From positions 1 through 37,769 of the IMG/VR virus record IMGVR_UViG_3300010361_000024: 37,769 nucleotides of DNA; one strand, 5' to 3'. The notes below the pieces were generated by a model. The model had not been told where the DNA came from. It saw nothing but the letters and a program-made list of their open reading frames with translations, and searched no databases. Shown here in pieces: positions 27,266 to 34,892 of the stretch; position 1 is the first letter of the stretch; each line of letters starts with the position of its first letter. The translations under genes and the position numbers were made by a program. Source of the stretch: a virus (taxonomy: Duplodnaviria > Caudoviricetes).

Positions 27266-27478
27266 ATGAAATTGGTCATCGACACCGAAAACGAGACGCT
27301 CGAAGTGGACGGGGTGCGGTTGACGTTCGAATTGTTGCGCGCCCTGGTTTGCGCCCCCGGCACGCCCCGCGACACGTGGTACTCGTTCGAGCGGCGCGGC
27401 GAGAGCGTGACCGTGTACGCGCGCCCGGCACTCATTGATTGCGGTTACTCTCTCGATGATTACCTGGGTCGGGACTAA
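27266..27478 (+). CDS. Hypothetical protein
   Basis: MKLVIDTENETLEVDGVRL..., G-rich RBS. Confidence 0.6.
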   Translation: MKLVIDTENETLEVDGVRLTFELLRALVCAPGTPRDTWYSFERRGESVTVYARPALIDCGYSLDDYLGRD

Positions 27479-27695
27479 GGCATCGGGCTCGCCCGGCGGG
27501 CCCCGGCTCGCAACCCCGCCGCGGCCTGCGCTCAGGGCGCGCCGGCGCGCCCGCCCGCCGCAGGTATGCGAGGCCGCACGCGATCGCGCCGCGGCCCGCC
27601 TGGGGCATCCTGGGGCCGCCGCGGGGCCTTGTTTTAAGCGAGGCGACGCCCGGGCCTCGGTCGGCATCGATAGAGAACCAGGCGGGGGTGAGGGC

Positions 27696-27878
27696 ATGAT
27701 GATCTTTTTCCTCTTGGTGATTGCGCTCACCAAGCCTTGCCCTTACGACGGCGAGAGCGCGAGATTCTTCGCCGAACGGGACCGCGACGGGCGGCATGAA
27801 TGCGGTTACTCTCACGAGCATTACGATGCCGCCCGGGGCCGGCACTCTCTGCACCTGTTCTGGACCGATTGCGATTAG
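27696..27878 (+). CDS. Small hypothetical protein with hydrophobic N-terminus
   Basis: MMIFFLLVIALTKPCPYDG...; GAGG RBS. Confidence 0.55.
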   Translation: MMIFFLLVIALTKPCPYDGESARFFAERDRDGRHECGYSHEHYDAARGRHSLHLFWTDCD

Positions 27879-28049
27879 GGGGTCGCCGCGGCGCGGGGTG
27901 ACCGGCTAGAATCACGACGCGCGGCGCGCTCTCGTCCTTGCCCTTCGAGTGGCGCGTCTCGCCGGGCCGCGGGCGCAACCTCGATGCGAGACCCCCGTCA
28001 AGGTCTCGGAGGCGCGCCGCGCGGCGATGGCACGCACGCGGTTTGGTTT

Positions 28050-28068
28050 TCGCTGGCAGAACGGTACT
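28050..28068 (+). repeat. Conserved 19-bp gene-start motif, copy 1
   Basis: TCGCTGGCAGAACGGTACT. Confidence 0.75.
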
Positions 28069-28084
28069 CGCTGAAAGGGACAGC

Positions 28085-28402
28085 ATGAAAAAAGCGGAGT
28101 TAACTGAGCAACGGAAGCGAATTGAAAGAGCGTACCAACGCGCTATGAATATACGCGATTCCGTGCAATCGGACATGACAGAAGCGGAAGAATCAGCGTA
28201 TGGCCGTGCATACCGCAAGGCGTATCGAAGCGGCGATTCACGCGGTTTTCGGGCGACGACCCGCAATTACTTGCGGAACCTTCGCAGTTTGTCTAAGGCG
28301 TACCAAAGCCTAGATCGCTTGTTGACGCCTCCGGTGTGTCTGGGCTGTGGGCACGTCTACTGCATTTGCAATCGTCTGGAAGATGAGACGTACTGCATCT
28401 AG
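28085..28402 (+). CDS. Hypothetical protein, lower GC, C-terminal Cys cluster
   Basis: AAAGGGA RBS; MKKAELTEQRKR...CLGCGHVYCIC. Confidence 0.65.
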   Translation: MKKAELTEQRKRIERAYQRAMNIRDSVQSDMTEAEESAYGRAYRKAYRSGDSRGFRATTRNYLRNLRSLSKAYQSLDRLLTPPVCLGCGHVYCICNRLEDETYCI

Positions 28403-28549
28403 GTAACGTATTCTCTACGGAAAGACGCAACGCGGGAGTGGATTAACGTGCTGGAAGATACGACGGTGACAATTGAAGAACTGATCGGAATTGTCTCTCG
28501 CGCAGAAAATCTGAAGTGAGAAGAAGTCACTCCAACCATGACAATGTCG

Positions 28550-28568
28550 CCGCAGGGAGAACGGTACT
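28550..28568 (+). repeat. Conserved 19-bp gene-start motif, copy 2
   Basis: CCGCAGGGAGAACGGTACT. Confidence 0.7.
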
Positions 28569-28571
28569 GAC

Positions 28572-28748
28572 ATGAAGCAAGTAGACATCAAGGCGATTAT
28601 GAGAAACCCGAAGCAGTGGAGGGAGCTTATGATCCGCTGCATCATCGCCACGCAAGCGAGGGAAGGCATTGTTACGACATACGAGCAAGCGGCAGCAGCA
28701 TACGACAAGGTGCAGCGAGAAAAGCAACTGAAACAAGTACCGTCTTGA
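28572..28748 (+). CDS. Small hypothetical protein; not in ORF track
   Basis: MKQVDIKAIMRNPKQWRELMIRCIIATQAREGIVTTYEQAAAAYDKVQREKQLKQVPS (58 aa); GGGAG upstream. Confidence 0.65.
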   Translation: MKQVDIKAIMRNPKQWRELMIRCIIATQAREGIVTTYEQAAAAYDKVQREKQLKQVPS

Positions 28749-28832
28749 TGAGCAGAACGCTCGGGTTGCGGTCGGGGTTTGGTCCGACGTGCGCAGGCGT
28801 CGCCGCGGCGGTTCTTAAAGGGGAGGTCGTGA

Positions 28833-29026
28833 ATGGAAATCAATCTGCAAGAGCTCATCGAGCGCGCGACGCGCGAGCTCACCGATAAGGGCAAGATCAT
28901 TCGATTCTCGAACCGGGTGCCGAACCGACCGAAAAGGACCTCGCGCGCATGGCTCAGATCGAGGCCGAGCTCGGTCGATTTCTGGCCGAGTTCGAGGCCC
29001 GGCACGGGCTCGGCGGGCGGGCGTGA
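28833..29026 (+). pseudogene. Frameshifted or internally deleted hypothetical gene
   Basis: GGGAGG RBS; MEINLQELIERATRELTDKGKII, then protein-like text continues in the -1 frame (SILEPGAEPTEKDLARMAQIEAELGRF) to TGA 29026. Confidence 0.55.
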
Positions 29027-29227
29027 TAAATTTTTTTTCGAGGTTTTTTCCGACGTGCAAAGGGCGATGAAAAGCGGCCCCGCGGGGGGCGCGGTTGGGA
29101 GGGCCGGCGAGGGCCGGCGGCACCCGGGCGGCACCCCGGCGGGGGCCAACCTCGGACCGGCACCAAAACCGGCACCGGGGAAAAAAGCGCAAAATCATAA
29201 AGCTGTAAGTCGTTTGTTTTCAAGTGC

Positions 29228-29270
29228 GGGCGAGTAGCTCAATCGGATAGAGCACCGGCCTTCTAAGCCG
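29228..29270 (+). tRNA. 5' fragment of tRNA-Arg(TCT) = attP core (not a full tRNA)
   Basis: GGGCGAG TA GCTC AATCGGATA GAGC A CCGGC CTTCTAA GCCG; no T arm or acceptor 3' strand. Confidence 0.88.
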
Positions 29271-29283
29271 TTTTTTGGCCATT

Positions 29284-29387
29284 TTGCACCGAGTCGCACC
29301 GAGTCGCACAGAGATACAAATCGCCAATAACGACGCGGGTTTGAGAGCATCTCGCTAGTTGCACCGAGTCGCACCTAGTCGCACAGA
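29284..29387 (+). repeat. Two 29-bp copies built of 10-bp units (candidate Xis sites)
   Basis: TTGCACCGAGTCGCACC(G/T)AGTCGCACAGA at 29284 and 29359. Confidence 0.8.
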
Positions 29388-29670
29388 AAACCGGCACCGA
29401 CCGGCACCAAAACCGGCACCAAAAAACCCAAGGGAAATCGACGGTTGAGAGCAGCGGCGCGCGCGCCGAATGTGCCCTCAAATTTTGCCGACTTTTTGCG
29501 TCCATTGGTGCCGACAAACCGGCAGCAAATCCGACACCATTTGCACACCTCGGGTCTTGACGCCGCGGTTGCCTGGGCGTACTTTTTGCCGACATAGAAA
29601 GCGTGCAAGATTCGTTGAAAAAGTGGTTTAGAAAAACCCTTTCCCCAAGGCCTCGCGATGAGGTGAAAAC

Positions 29671-30105
29671 ATGGCCGAAAAAAAAGTCAACGGGATTGCG
29701 ATCGAGCGCGATCAATTGCTCGTCGCTCTCATGTTCGCGGCGCGCAACCTTGCCGAGAAATCGATCGAGATCGTCAACGGTGTTTTGCAATGCCGTGAGT
29801 GTTTGGCAACCCGTGAGGCATACGGGGCGAACGGGCGCGTCGCTCACGCGATCGGGTGCGGGGTCGGGCACGTGTTGCGAATTCTCGACCGGCTCGAATT
29901 GCGGGGCGACGATCGGGTGAGCGGGGTCGCCGCGGCCTGCGCAAAGTGCGGCGCGGTCGATGATCAATGGACCCCGCGCGAGTGGCCCGCCACGCGATCG
30001 TGGGGCGGCGCGCTCGCCCTCAATGAGCGGGTCGTCGAGAATGCCGCGGGCGATGCGCTCGAAGTGTTAACACATGAATGCCGAGGCACGGGGGGTCGGG
30101 CATGA
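29671..30105 (+). CDS. Hypothetical protein with CxxC motifs
   Basis: GAGGTG RBS; first gene of the early cluster. Confidence 0.7.
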   Translation: MAEKKVNGIAIERDQLLVALMFAARNLAEKSIEIVNGVLQCRECLATREAYGANGRVAHAIGCGVGHVLRILDRLELRGDDRVSGVAAACAKCGAVDDQWTPREWPATRSWGGALALNERVVENAAGDALEVLTHECRGTGGRA

Positions 30106-30326
30106 TGCCGATCGCCGAGCGAAAAACGCGATTGATTTTCGAAACCGGCGAGCTCATACGCGAGCGCGGGCGAATGCGTGAGCTCATCGTCGAGGCGCGC
30201 CCTTTATGGGCAGTGTTGCGATTGAAAGGCCTGCGCAACGAGCTCGCGGTGAGTTATGAGTCAATCTATCAACTTGCCGCAAAGCAACGCGCCGACGAGG
30301 TGCGTCGGCAAAAGGCGAAACGATGA
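30102..30326 (+). CDS. Hypothetical protein
   Basis: ATGA coupling at both ends; LRLKG.R....VSYESIY. Confidence 0.7.
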   Translation: MMPIAERKTRLIFETGELIRERGRMRELIVEARPLWAVLRLKGLRNELAVSYESIYQLAAKQRADEVRRQKAKR

Positions 30327-31069
30327 AACCAGTCGACGCCACGCGTCATGATGAAGGATGCGCGCTCATGAAGCGTCAATGCAAAATATGCCTCGGGTGG
30401 TTTGAGGAGAGATTCTTCAAATCATATCGCCGCAAGAATCGTCCCGGTAAGTTGTACCGTCTTGCCATTTGTCGCGGCTGTGAAAATAAACTCCAATGTT
30501 CTTCTCGCTTAACGTTCAAAGCTATTAATACTGCTAGGTCTCACGCTAAGAAATATATTCAGTCGGGCGTGATCAAGTCAGTGGGCGAGTTTCGGGAGAA
30601 CGCTCGCTGGACTACCAAAAATATGGTACCCGTTTTAAGGCGCGCTTTGTCGAATGGTTCTTGTGCCATTTGCGGAATCAAATTTAGCGAAATGGCGGGT
30701 GCGCTCGCAGCTATAACAGTGGACATCAAAGACCCCACGATCGACTTGCCAAGATGGGGTATCGATACGCAACTTGTTTGTAGAAGATGCAATTGCATTA
30801 AGAGCAACCACGATCATGATCGTTGGCAACGCGGTGTTGGCTTTTGGAAGGAATGGTACGCGAATGATGCGGCGCGCCAATCTGATTTGTGGTTTGGAAC
30901 TCTGTTTCAGGGAATGAAAGAAGAGGGGATGAAAGAACAAGACGATTGGATTGCCTCTCTGAGGCCCTGGCTAAAGGAGATCGCGAAGGATCGCGAATTT
31001 ACTCGAAAAATGAAACTGGAAATTGAAATCGCGCTTGCGATGTCGAGACAAGGTTGGTTATTCCAATGA
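30323..31069 (+). CDS. Degenerate HNH/His-Me finger endonuclease-like protein, low GC
   Basis: CKIC..CRGC; CAICG...TVDIKDP...QLVCRRCNCIK. Confidence 0.6.
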   Translation: MKPVDATRHDEGCALMKRQCKICLGWFEERFFKSYRRKNRPGKLYRLAICRGCENKLQCSSRLTFKAINTARSHAKKYIQSGVIKSVGEFRENARWTTKNMVPVLRRALSNGSCAICGIKFSEMAGALAAITVDIKDPTIDLPRWGIDTQLVCRRCNCIKSNHDHDRWQRGVGFWKEWYANDAARQSDLWFGTLFQGMKEEGMKEQDDWIASLRPWLKEIAKDREFTRKMKLEIEIALAMSRQGWLFQ

Positions 31070-31323
31070 AACCCTCGACGTGTCGGTTTTGCGGTTGCAC
31101 CGAGGCGTACCCCTGCGCGGTGCCGCCCTATGCGAGCGGCGACGAATGCGGTTGGGTCTCGGGCACTAATGGCACGGTGTGCACCGCGCCGCCTTGCTTG
31201 CGGGCCTGGGCCGAGTATCGCGTTCGGCAAAAGCATGAGGCGCGACGTAATCGCCTCACGTCGCAAAAAGTGCACGAGCTCATTCGCGGGCGACGCCGCA
31301 AGAAAAAGGGCAAAGCGGCGTGA
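31066..31323 (+). CDS. Cys-rich hypothetical protein
   Basis: MKPSTCRFCGCTEAYPC...CGWV...VCTAPPC; ATGA overlap. Confidence 0.7.
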   Translation: MKPSTCRFCGCTEAYPCAVPPYASGDECGWVSGTNGTVCTAPPCLRAWAEYRVRQKHEARRNRLTSQKVHELIRGRRRKKKGKAA

Positions 31324-31565
31324 TGCGCGTTGAATATCTCTGGAAAGTCGAGCTCGACTCTCGCAAGTGTGCGATCGAGGGTTGCGAGGGGCGCGCCTAT
31401 CGGGGCAGTCTTTGCCGCTCGTGCAGCGATCAGATTCGCGCGCTCGGCGGGCTTGACGATCGGCGCGACCCTGGCAGGCCCGCGCGCAGTCTTGCATCTC
31501 TGGCGATCGTCGCGACGTTTCTCGTGATCGTTGCCGTCTCTCTTTGGGTGATCTTTTGGAGGTGA
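31320..31565 (+). CDS. Small protein with Cys motif and C-terminal TM helix
   Basis: CAIEGC..LCRSC; LAIVATFLVIVAVSLWVIFW. Confidence 0.6.
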   Translation: MMRVEYLWKVELDSRKCAIEGCEGRAYRGSLCRSCSDQIRALGGLDDRRDPGRPARSLASLAIVATFLVIVAVSLWVIFWR

Positions 31566-31572
31566 TATTTCC

Positions 31573-31956
31573 ATGACAACAACCGCGCCCGACGTGGCGA
31601 CCATCAACCTCGGCAATATCAATCAGGGGGCCGCGCTCGATGCGTTCGAGCGCGAGCTCGACAAGGTACTCGAAAACGTCGCCGATCTTGCGACGGTCTC
31701 GACGGCAACCCGCGTGATCACGTTGACGGTCGTTTTCAAACCGCACAGCGATCGATGCCAAATTGACACCGAGTTTCGATGTGTCTCGAAACTCGCCGCG
31801 ATCGAAACGCACAAATCGAAAATCTTCGCCGGCCGCACCGACGAGGGCGCGCGCGTCGCGTTCGATGCCGACCCGCGGCAAATGCCTCTTTGGTCGGTGC
31901 CGAAACCGAGAGAGACCCCGGTCGTCGAATTCAAACCGGCGACGCCTGGGCAATAG
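31573..31956 (+). CDS. Conserved prophage protein (YfdP-like partner of 32665..33414)
   Basis: GAALDAFERELDKVLENVAD..T....RVITLTVVFKP..DR; GGAGGTG RBS. Confidence 0.7.
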   Translation: MTTTAPDVATINLGNINQGAALDAFERELDKVLENVADLATVSTATRVITLTVVFKPHSDRCQIDTEFRCVSKLAAIETHKSKIFAGRTDEGARVAFDADPRQMPLWSVPKPRETPVVEFKPATPGQ

Positions 31957-31961
31957 CGTCG

Positions 31962-31980
31962 TCGCGGGCAGAACGGTACT
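31962..31980 (+). repeat. Conserved 19-bp gene-start motif, copy 3
   Basis: TCGCGGGCAGAACGGTACT. Confidence 0.75.
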
Positions 31981-31992
31981 AGGAAAATTGGG

Positions 31993-32616
31993 ATGAAAGT
32001 CTTGGTTGCTTGCGAATTTAGCGGAGTGGTTCGGGAAGCGTTTCGACGCCGAGGCCATGATGCCTGGAGTTGCGATTTACTTCCCGCCGCAGACGGTTCG
32101 CCGTTTCATTTTGAGGGTGACGTTTTGAATCTGCTTTCTCGGAGTTATATCGCCGCAGGGAATAAACCGGCGTGGGATTTGATGATCGCGCATCCACCCT
32201 GCACATACCTGACGCGCTCTGGCTGGCATTGGGTGAACAAGCCGGATTCCGAGACGCATCCCTTAAAGGGAGAACCACGCAAAAGGGCAGCACGAGAGGC
32301 TGCGGAGTTCTTTCGCCAGTTACTTGCAGTTCCCATTGAGCGAATCGCAATCGAGAATCCGCGGCCTATCCGGCACGTCGATTTACCCCCAGCACAACAG
32401 GCAATACAGCCGTGGGAATTTGGGCATGGGGAAACCAAAACAACGCTGCTTTGGCTCAAAAATCTGCCTCCGCTGATGGCGACCATTCTGGATTCAAAGC
32501 GCGAAGGGCGCATCTGGAAAGAACCACCATCGCCGGATCGATGGAAGAAACGAAGTATCACGTATCAAGGGATCGCGGACGCGATGGCCGAGCAATGGGG
32601 CTCGGTACTCTCGTGA
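31993..32616 (+). CDS. Short phage C5 cytosine DNA methyltransferase-like protein
   Basis: MKVLVACEFSG, DAWSCDL, DLMIAHPPCT, IENP, QPWEFGH, RSITYQGIADAMAEQW. Confidence 0.88.
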   Translation: MKVLVACEFSGVVREAFRRRGHDAWSCDLLPAADGSPFHFEGDVLNLLSRSYIAAGNKPAWDLMIAHPPCTYLTRSGWHWVNKPDSETHPLKGEPRKRAAREAAEFFRQLLAVPIERIAIENPRPIRHVDLPPAQQAIQPWEFGHGETKTTLLWLKNLPPLMATILDSKREGRIWKEPPSPDRWKKRSITYQGIADAMAEQWGSVLS

Positions 32617-32664
32617 TAGTGCAGACAATATGAAACCAACAAAACCAAAGGTTGAGGTGAATGA

Positions 32665-33414
32665 ATGGGGCTCGATGTTTTTCTTGATAATGTTCTCGAT
32701 CGCCTGAGAGACCGCCGCCCTGTTACCGTCAAGGTCGGCGAGCATGACTATGCAGTTAAGATCGACGGCACGATCGGCGACGCGGTGCGCCCGCCTGGGC
32801 CTCAATACATCAAACCGACGTTCGCGGTCTCGTCGCTCGCCGCGCTCGTCGCACTCTGCGAGGCAAAAGTCGACGAATTCGACAAAGGCGCGACCGCCTT
32901 GCACGTGGTCGATCACCTCACGGTGCAATTGGTCTCGCTCAAGGCCGACGAATGCGGGCACCGGCACGTGTACGCCGCGGCGAAACACGTCGAGGAAACG
33001 CGATTCAAATTCAATGCATACACCGAGGCCGAGGATTTCATCATCGCGTTTCGGAGCTCGTTTCTGTTCAACGAGAATGCGGTCATGATTCAACAACTCG
33101 TATCGAATTTGTCGAGCGGGCAAAGCGTGAATGTCGCCGACGACGGTGTATCGCAACAACTCGAAATCAAAGCGGGCGTCACCGGCAAACAAGGCGTCGT
33201 GATTCCGAGCGAGGGCATCGAGTTGATACCCTGGCGAACCTTTCGCGATGCGTCGCCGGTCACGTCGAGATTCTTGTTGCGCCTGCGAAGTGTAAAAGAC
33301 GGGTTGCCGCAAATCGCTCTTTTCGACATCGATCAGAAATGGAAGATCGACACCGTGCATAGTATTGCGACGTGGTTGAGCGCGCGCGTGAAAGACGCGA
33401 CCGTGATCGCTTAG
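32665..33414 (+). CDS. Conserved prophage protein (YfdQ/DUF2303-like)
   Basis: SSLAALV, FIIAFRSSF, DDGVSQ, LIPWRTF, RFLLR, IALFD; GAGGTG RBS. Confidence 0.7.
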   Translation: MGLDVFLDNVLDRLRDRRPVTVKVGEHDYAVKIDGTIGDAVRPPGPQYIKPTFAVSSLAALVALCEAKVDEFDKGATALHVVDHLTVQLVSLKADECGHRHVYAAAKHVEETRFKFNAYTEAEDFIIAFRSSFLFNENAVMIQQLVSNLSSGQSVNVADDGVSQQLEIKAGVTGKQGVVIPSEGIELIPWRTFRDASPVTSRFLLRLRSVKDGLPQIALFDIDQKWKIDTVHSIATWLSARVKDATVIA

Positions 33415-33417
33415 TTT

Positions 33418-33483
33418 GTTCGCGCGCGTTGCCATGCGCGAACGGTGCGGCGAATTCCCCGGCTGCCTTTAAATTCGCCGCAC
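33418..33483 (+). promoter_or_regulatory. Two adjacent hairpins upstream of the replication gene
   Basis: GTTCGCGC/GCGCGAAC and GTGCGGCGAATT/AATTCGCCGCAC. Confidence 0.5.
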
Positions 33484-33568
33484 GCCTCTCTCATTCGGCA
33501 AGGGCACAACCTAAAAACAAATGGCCCGGCGAAAGACATCGCCCAGGGCGCAGGAAATTTTTGCTCTC

Positions 33569-34426
33569 ATGAGTCACGCAATCATCACCGATGCATACAG
33601 AACCCGCCTCGGCAACCTAACCGCGAAATGTGTGCTCGCGTTTCTTGCCGATCAAGCGAATGCCGAGGGATACGGTTACCCCTCGGTGCCCTTCATCGTG
33701 CGGCAACTCGAAATGAGCGAGCGCACGGTCTGGCGGGTGATCGAGGTTTTCGTCACCGTGGGCCTCGTGACGCTCGTCGACGACGGGGTACACAAACGCC
33801 GCGGCATACAAATCAACCTCGACAAATTGGGCACCGATCTCAAGGCCGATTATGCGCGCGAATTCGCCGCGGTGCACGATGCGCGATCGACGCCGCCGAC
33901 TGTCCCAGGGACACCCGCCGCGACTGTCCCAGGGACACCGCCGACTGTCCCAGGGACACCCGCGACTGTCCCAGGGACAGAACCCCCACACCCCCTTAAT
34001 GGAGTACCCGCTATAGTCCCGCTATGGTCCCGGGTTTCGCCCGAGGCGAAACTCACCCCAGACCCCGCCCGCTATGAGTTTTTCAAAAAGGCAATCGCCC
34101 GCTATTGGGAAATCAAAAACCCCGGCGTCGTGATGCCCTGGGGCAAGAGCGAAAAACAAAACCTCGCCTCGTTGCTCGACATCGAGCCCGACAAGTTTCT
34201 CGCGTTTCTCGTCGCTCGACTCGCGAGCGAAGTAAATCACGGCGATCGACCGGGCACGTGGTTGCGCTCGATCGCGAAATACAACTCGGGGCCGATCGAT
34301 CGTTTCGGCTTACCAATCAACCCAGGGGGCACCAATGGAACGAGTCGACCTAGTGCAACTCACGAGCGCGTTACAAACAACCTCAGAGCAATCGACGAGG
34401 CATTTGCCCGCCTCGGAGTTGCGTGA
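33569..34426 (+). CDS. Replication initiator (N-terminal wHTH, lambda O-like organisation)
   Basis: AKCVLAFLADQANAEGYGYPSV..I...LEMSERTVWRVI; internal iterons. Confidence 0.85.
   Translation: MSHAIITDAYRTRLGNLTAKCVLAFLADQANAEGYGYPSVPFIVRQLEMSERTVWRVIEVFVTVGLVTLVDDGVHKRRGIQINLDKLGTDLKADYAREFAAVHDARSTPPTVPGTPAATVPGTPPTVPGTPATVPGTEPPHPLNGVPAIVPLWSRVSPEAKLTPDPARYEFFKKAIARYWEIKNPGVVMPWGKSEKQNLASLLDIEPDKFLAFLVARLASEVNHGDRPGTWLRSIAKYNSGPIDRFGLPINPGGTNGTSRPSATHERVTNNLRAIDEAFARLGVA
33897..33979. repeat. Four iterons (probable replication origin)
   Basis: CGACTGTCCCAGGGACA at 33897, 33921, 33942, 33963; palindromic core TGTCCC-A-GGGACA. Confidence 0.88.
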
Positions 34427-34853
34427 GCTCAAGCGTTTGATCAAGCAAACCGCGCAGAGATACGCGACGCAGGATTTGAGCGATTCGATCGAGGGTTTGA
34501 TTTACGACTTTGAACAAATCGCGGTGCGCTATTCGTTCAAAGAGATGTGCGACACATTGCGCGCCCTGCGCATCGCACCGGGGCAGAAATTCTTTCCGCG
34601 GCCCGATGAGGTGACCGAGGCGATTGAGCGGGCACGCGAGAGGGCGGCGACGATCGCCGCGGAGAAACGCGCGAAGTCTCAGATTGACGAATGGGAACAA
34701 TCGTTTTGGCAATGGGTCGACGACCGCATGAGCGAGCCCGCGAACGCCGGCAAGAGCGAGCAAGAGTTTCTCGACAGCGTGAAGACGCCCGGGTACACGG
34801 GGCGCAAGGCGCGACCGGAAGCATTGCAGGCATGGCGAAAGTGTTCCACGTAG
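34335..34853 (+). CDS. Replication-associated protein (possible helicase loader/inhibitor)
   Basis: Overlaps the 3' end of the initiator; KFFPRPDEV motif typical of genes in this slot. Confidence 0.55.
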   Translation: MERVDLVQLTSALQTTSEQSTRHLPASELRELKRLIKQTAQRYATQDLSDSIEGLIYDFEQIAVRYSFKEMCDTLRALRIAPGQKFFPRPDEVTEAIERARERAATIAAEKRAKSQIDEWEQSFWQWVDDRMSEPANAGKSEQEFLDSVKTPGYTGRKARPEALQAWRKCST

Positions 34854-34877
34854 AACCAAAATGTTTCACGTGAAACA
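34842..34877. promoter_or_regulatory. parS: parS sites (one perfect, one degenerate)
   Basis: TGTTTCACGTGAAACA at 34862-77 (exact consensus); TGTTCCACGTAGAACC at 34842-57. Confidence 0.85.
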
Positions 34878-34892
34878 ACGCGAGGTGCAGAG

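Larger units (their letters stand above)
29156..29541. mobile_element. attP region (arm repeats, core, accessory repeats)
   Basis: ACCGGCACC repeats on both sides (29156, 29168; 29390, 29400, 29412; degenerate 29505-41) of a tRNA fragment. Confidence 0.8.

Noticed and set aside
28400-28402. Genome-wide TAG recoding
   Set aside because: Other genes (ending 2494, 12395, 33414, 37734) end cleanly at TAG, and core genes are uninterrupted.
29228-29300. Complete tRNA gene
   Set aside because: No T arm (GTTCRA) or acceptor 3' strand after the anticodon stem.
29284-29420. CRISPR array or tracrRNA (GCACCGAGTCG resembles the SpCas9 tracr 3' hairpin)
   Set aside because: The complementary GTGC arm is absent. 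There are only two blocks, made of tandem 10-mers, with no cas genes; the attP context explains them.
32594-32674. 11-bp direct repeat AATGGGGCTCG as a target-site duplication
   Set aside because: The copies are 70 bp apart and do not bracket a gene; they may be chance or a minor scar.
33897-33979. Mini-CRISPR or functional protein repeat (TVPGT)
   Set aside because: Spacers are only 4-7 bp and the repeats lie inside an initiator gene, as iterons do.
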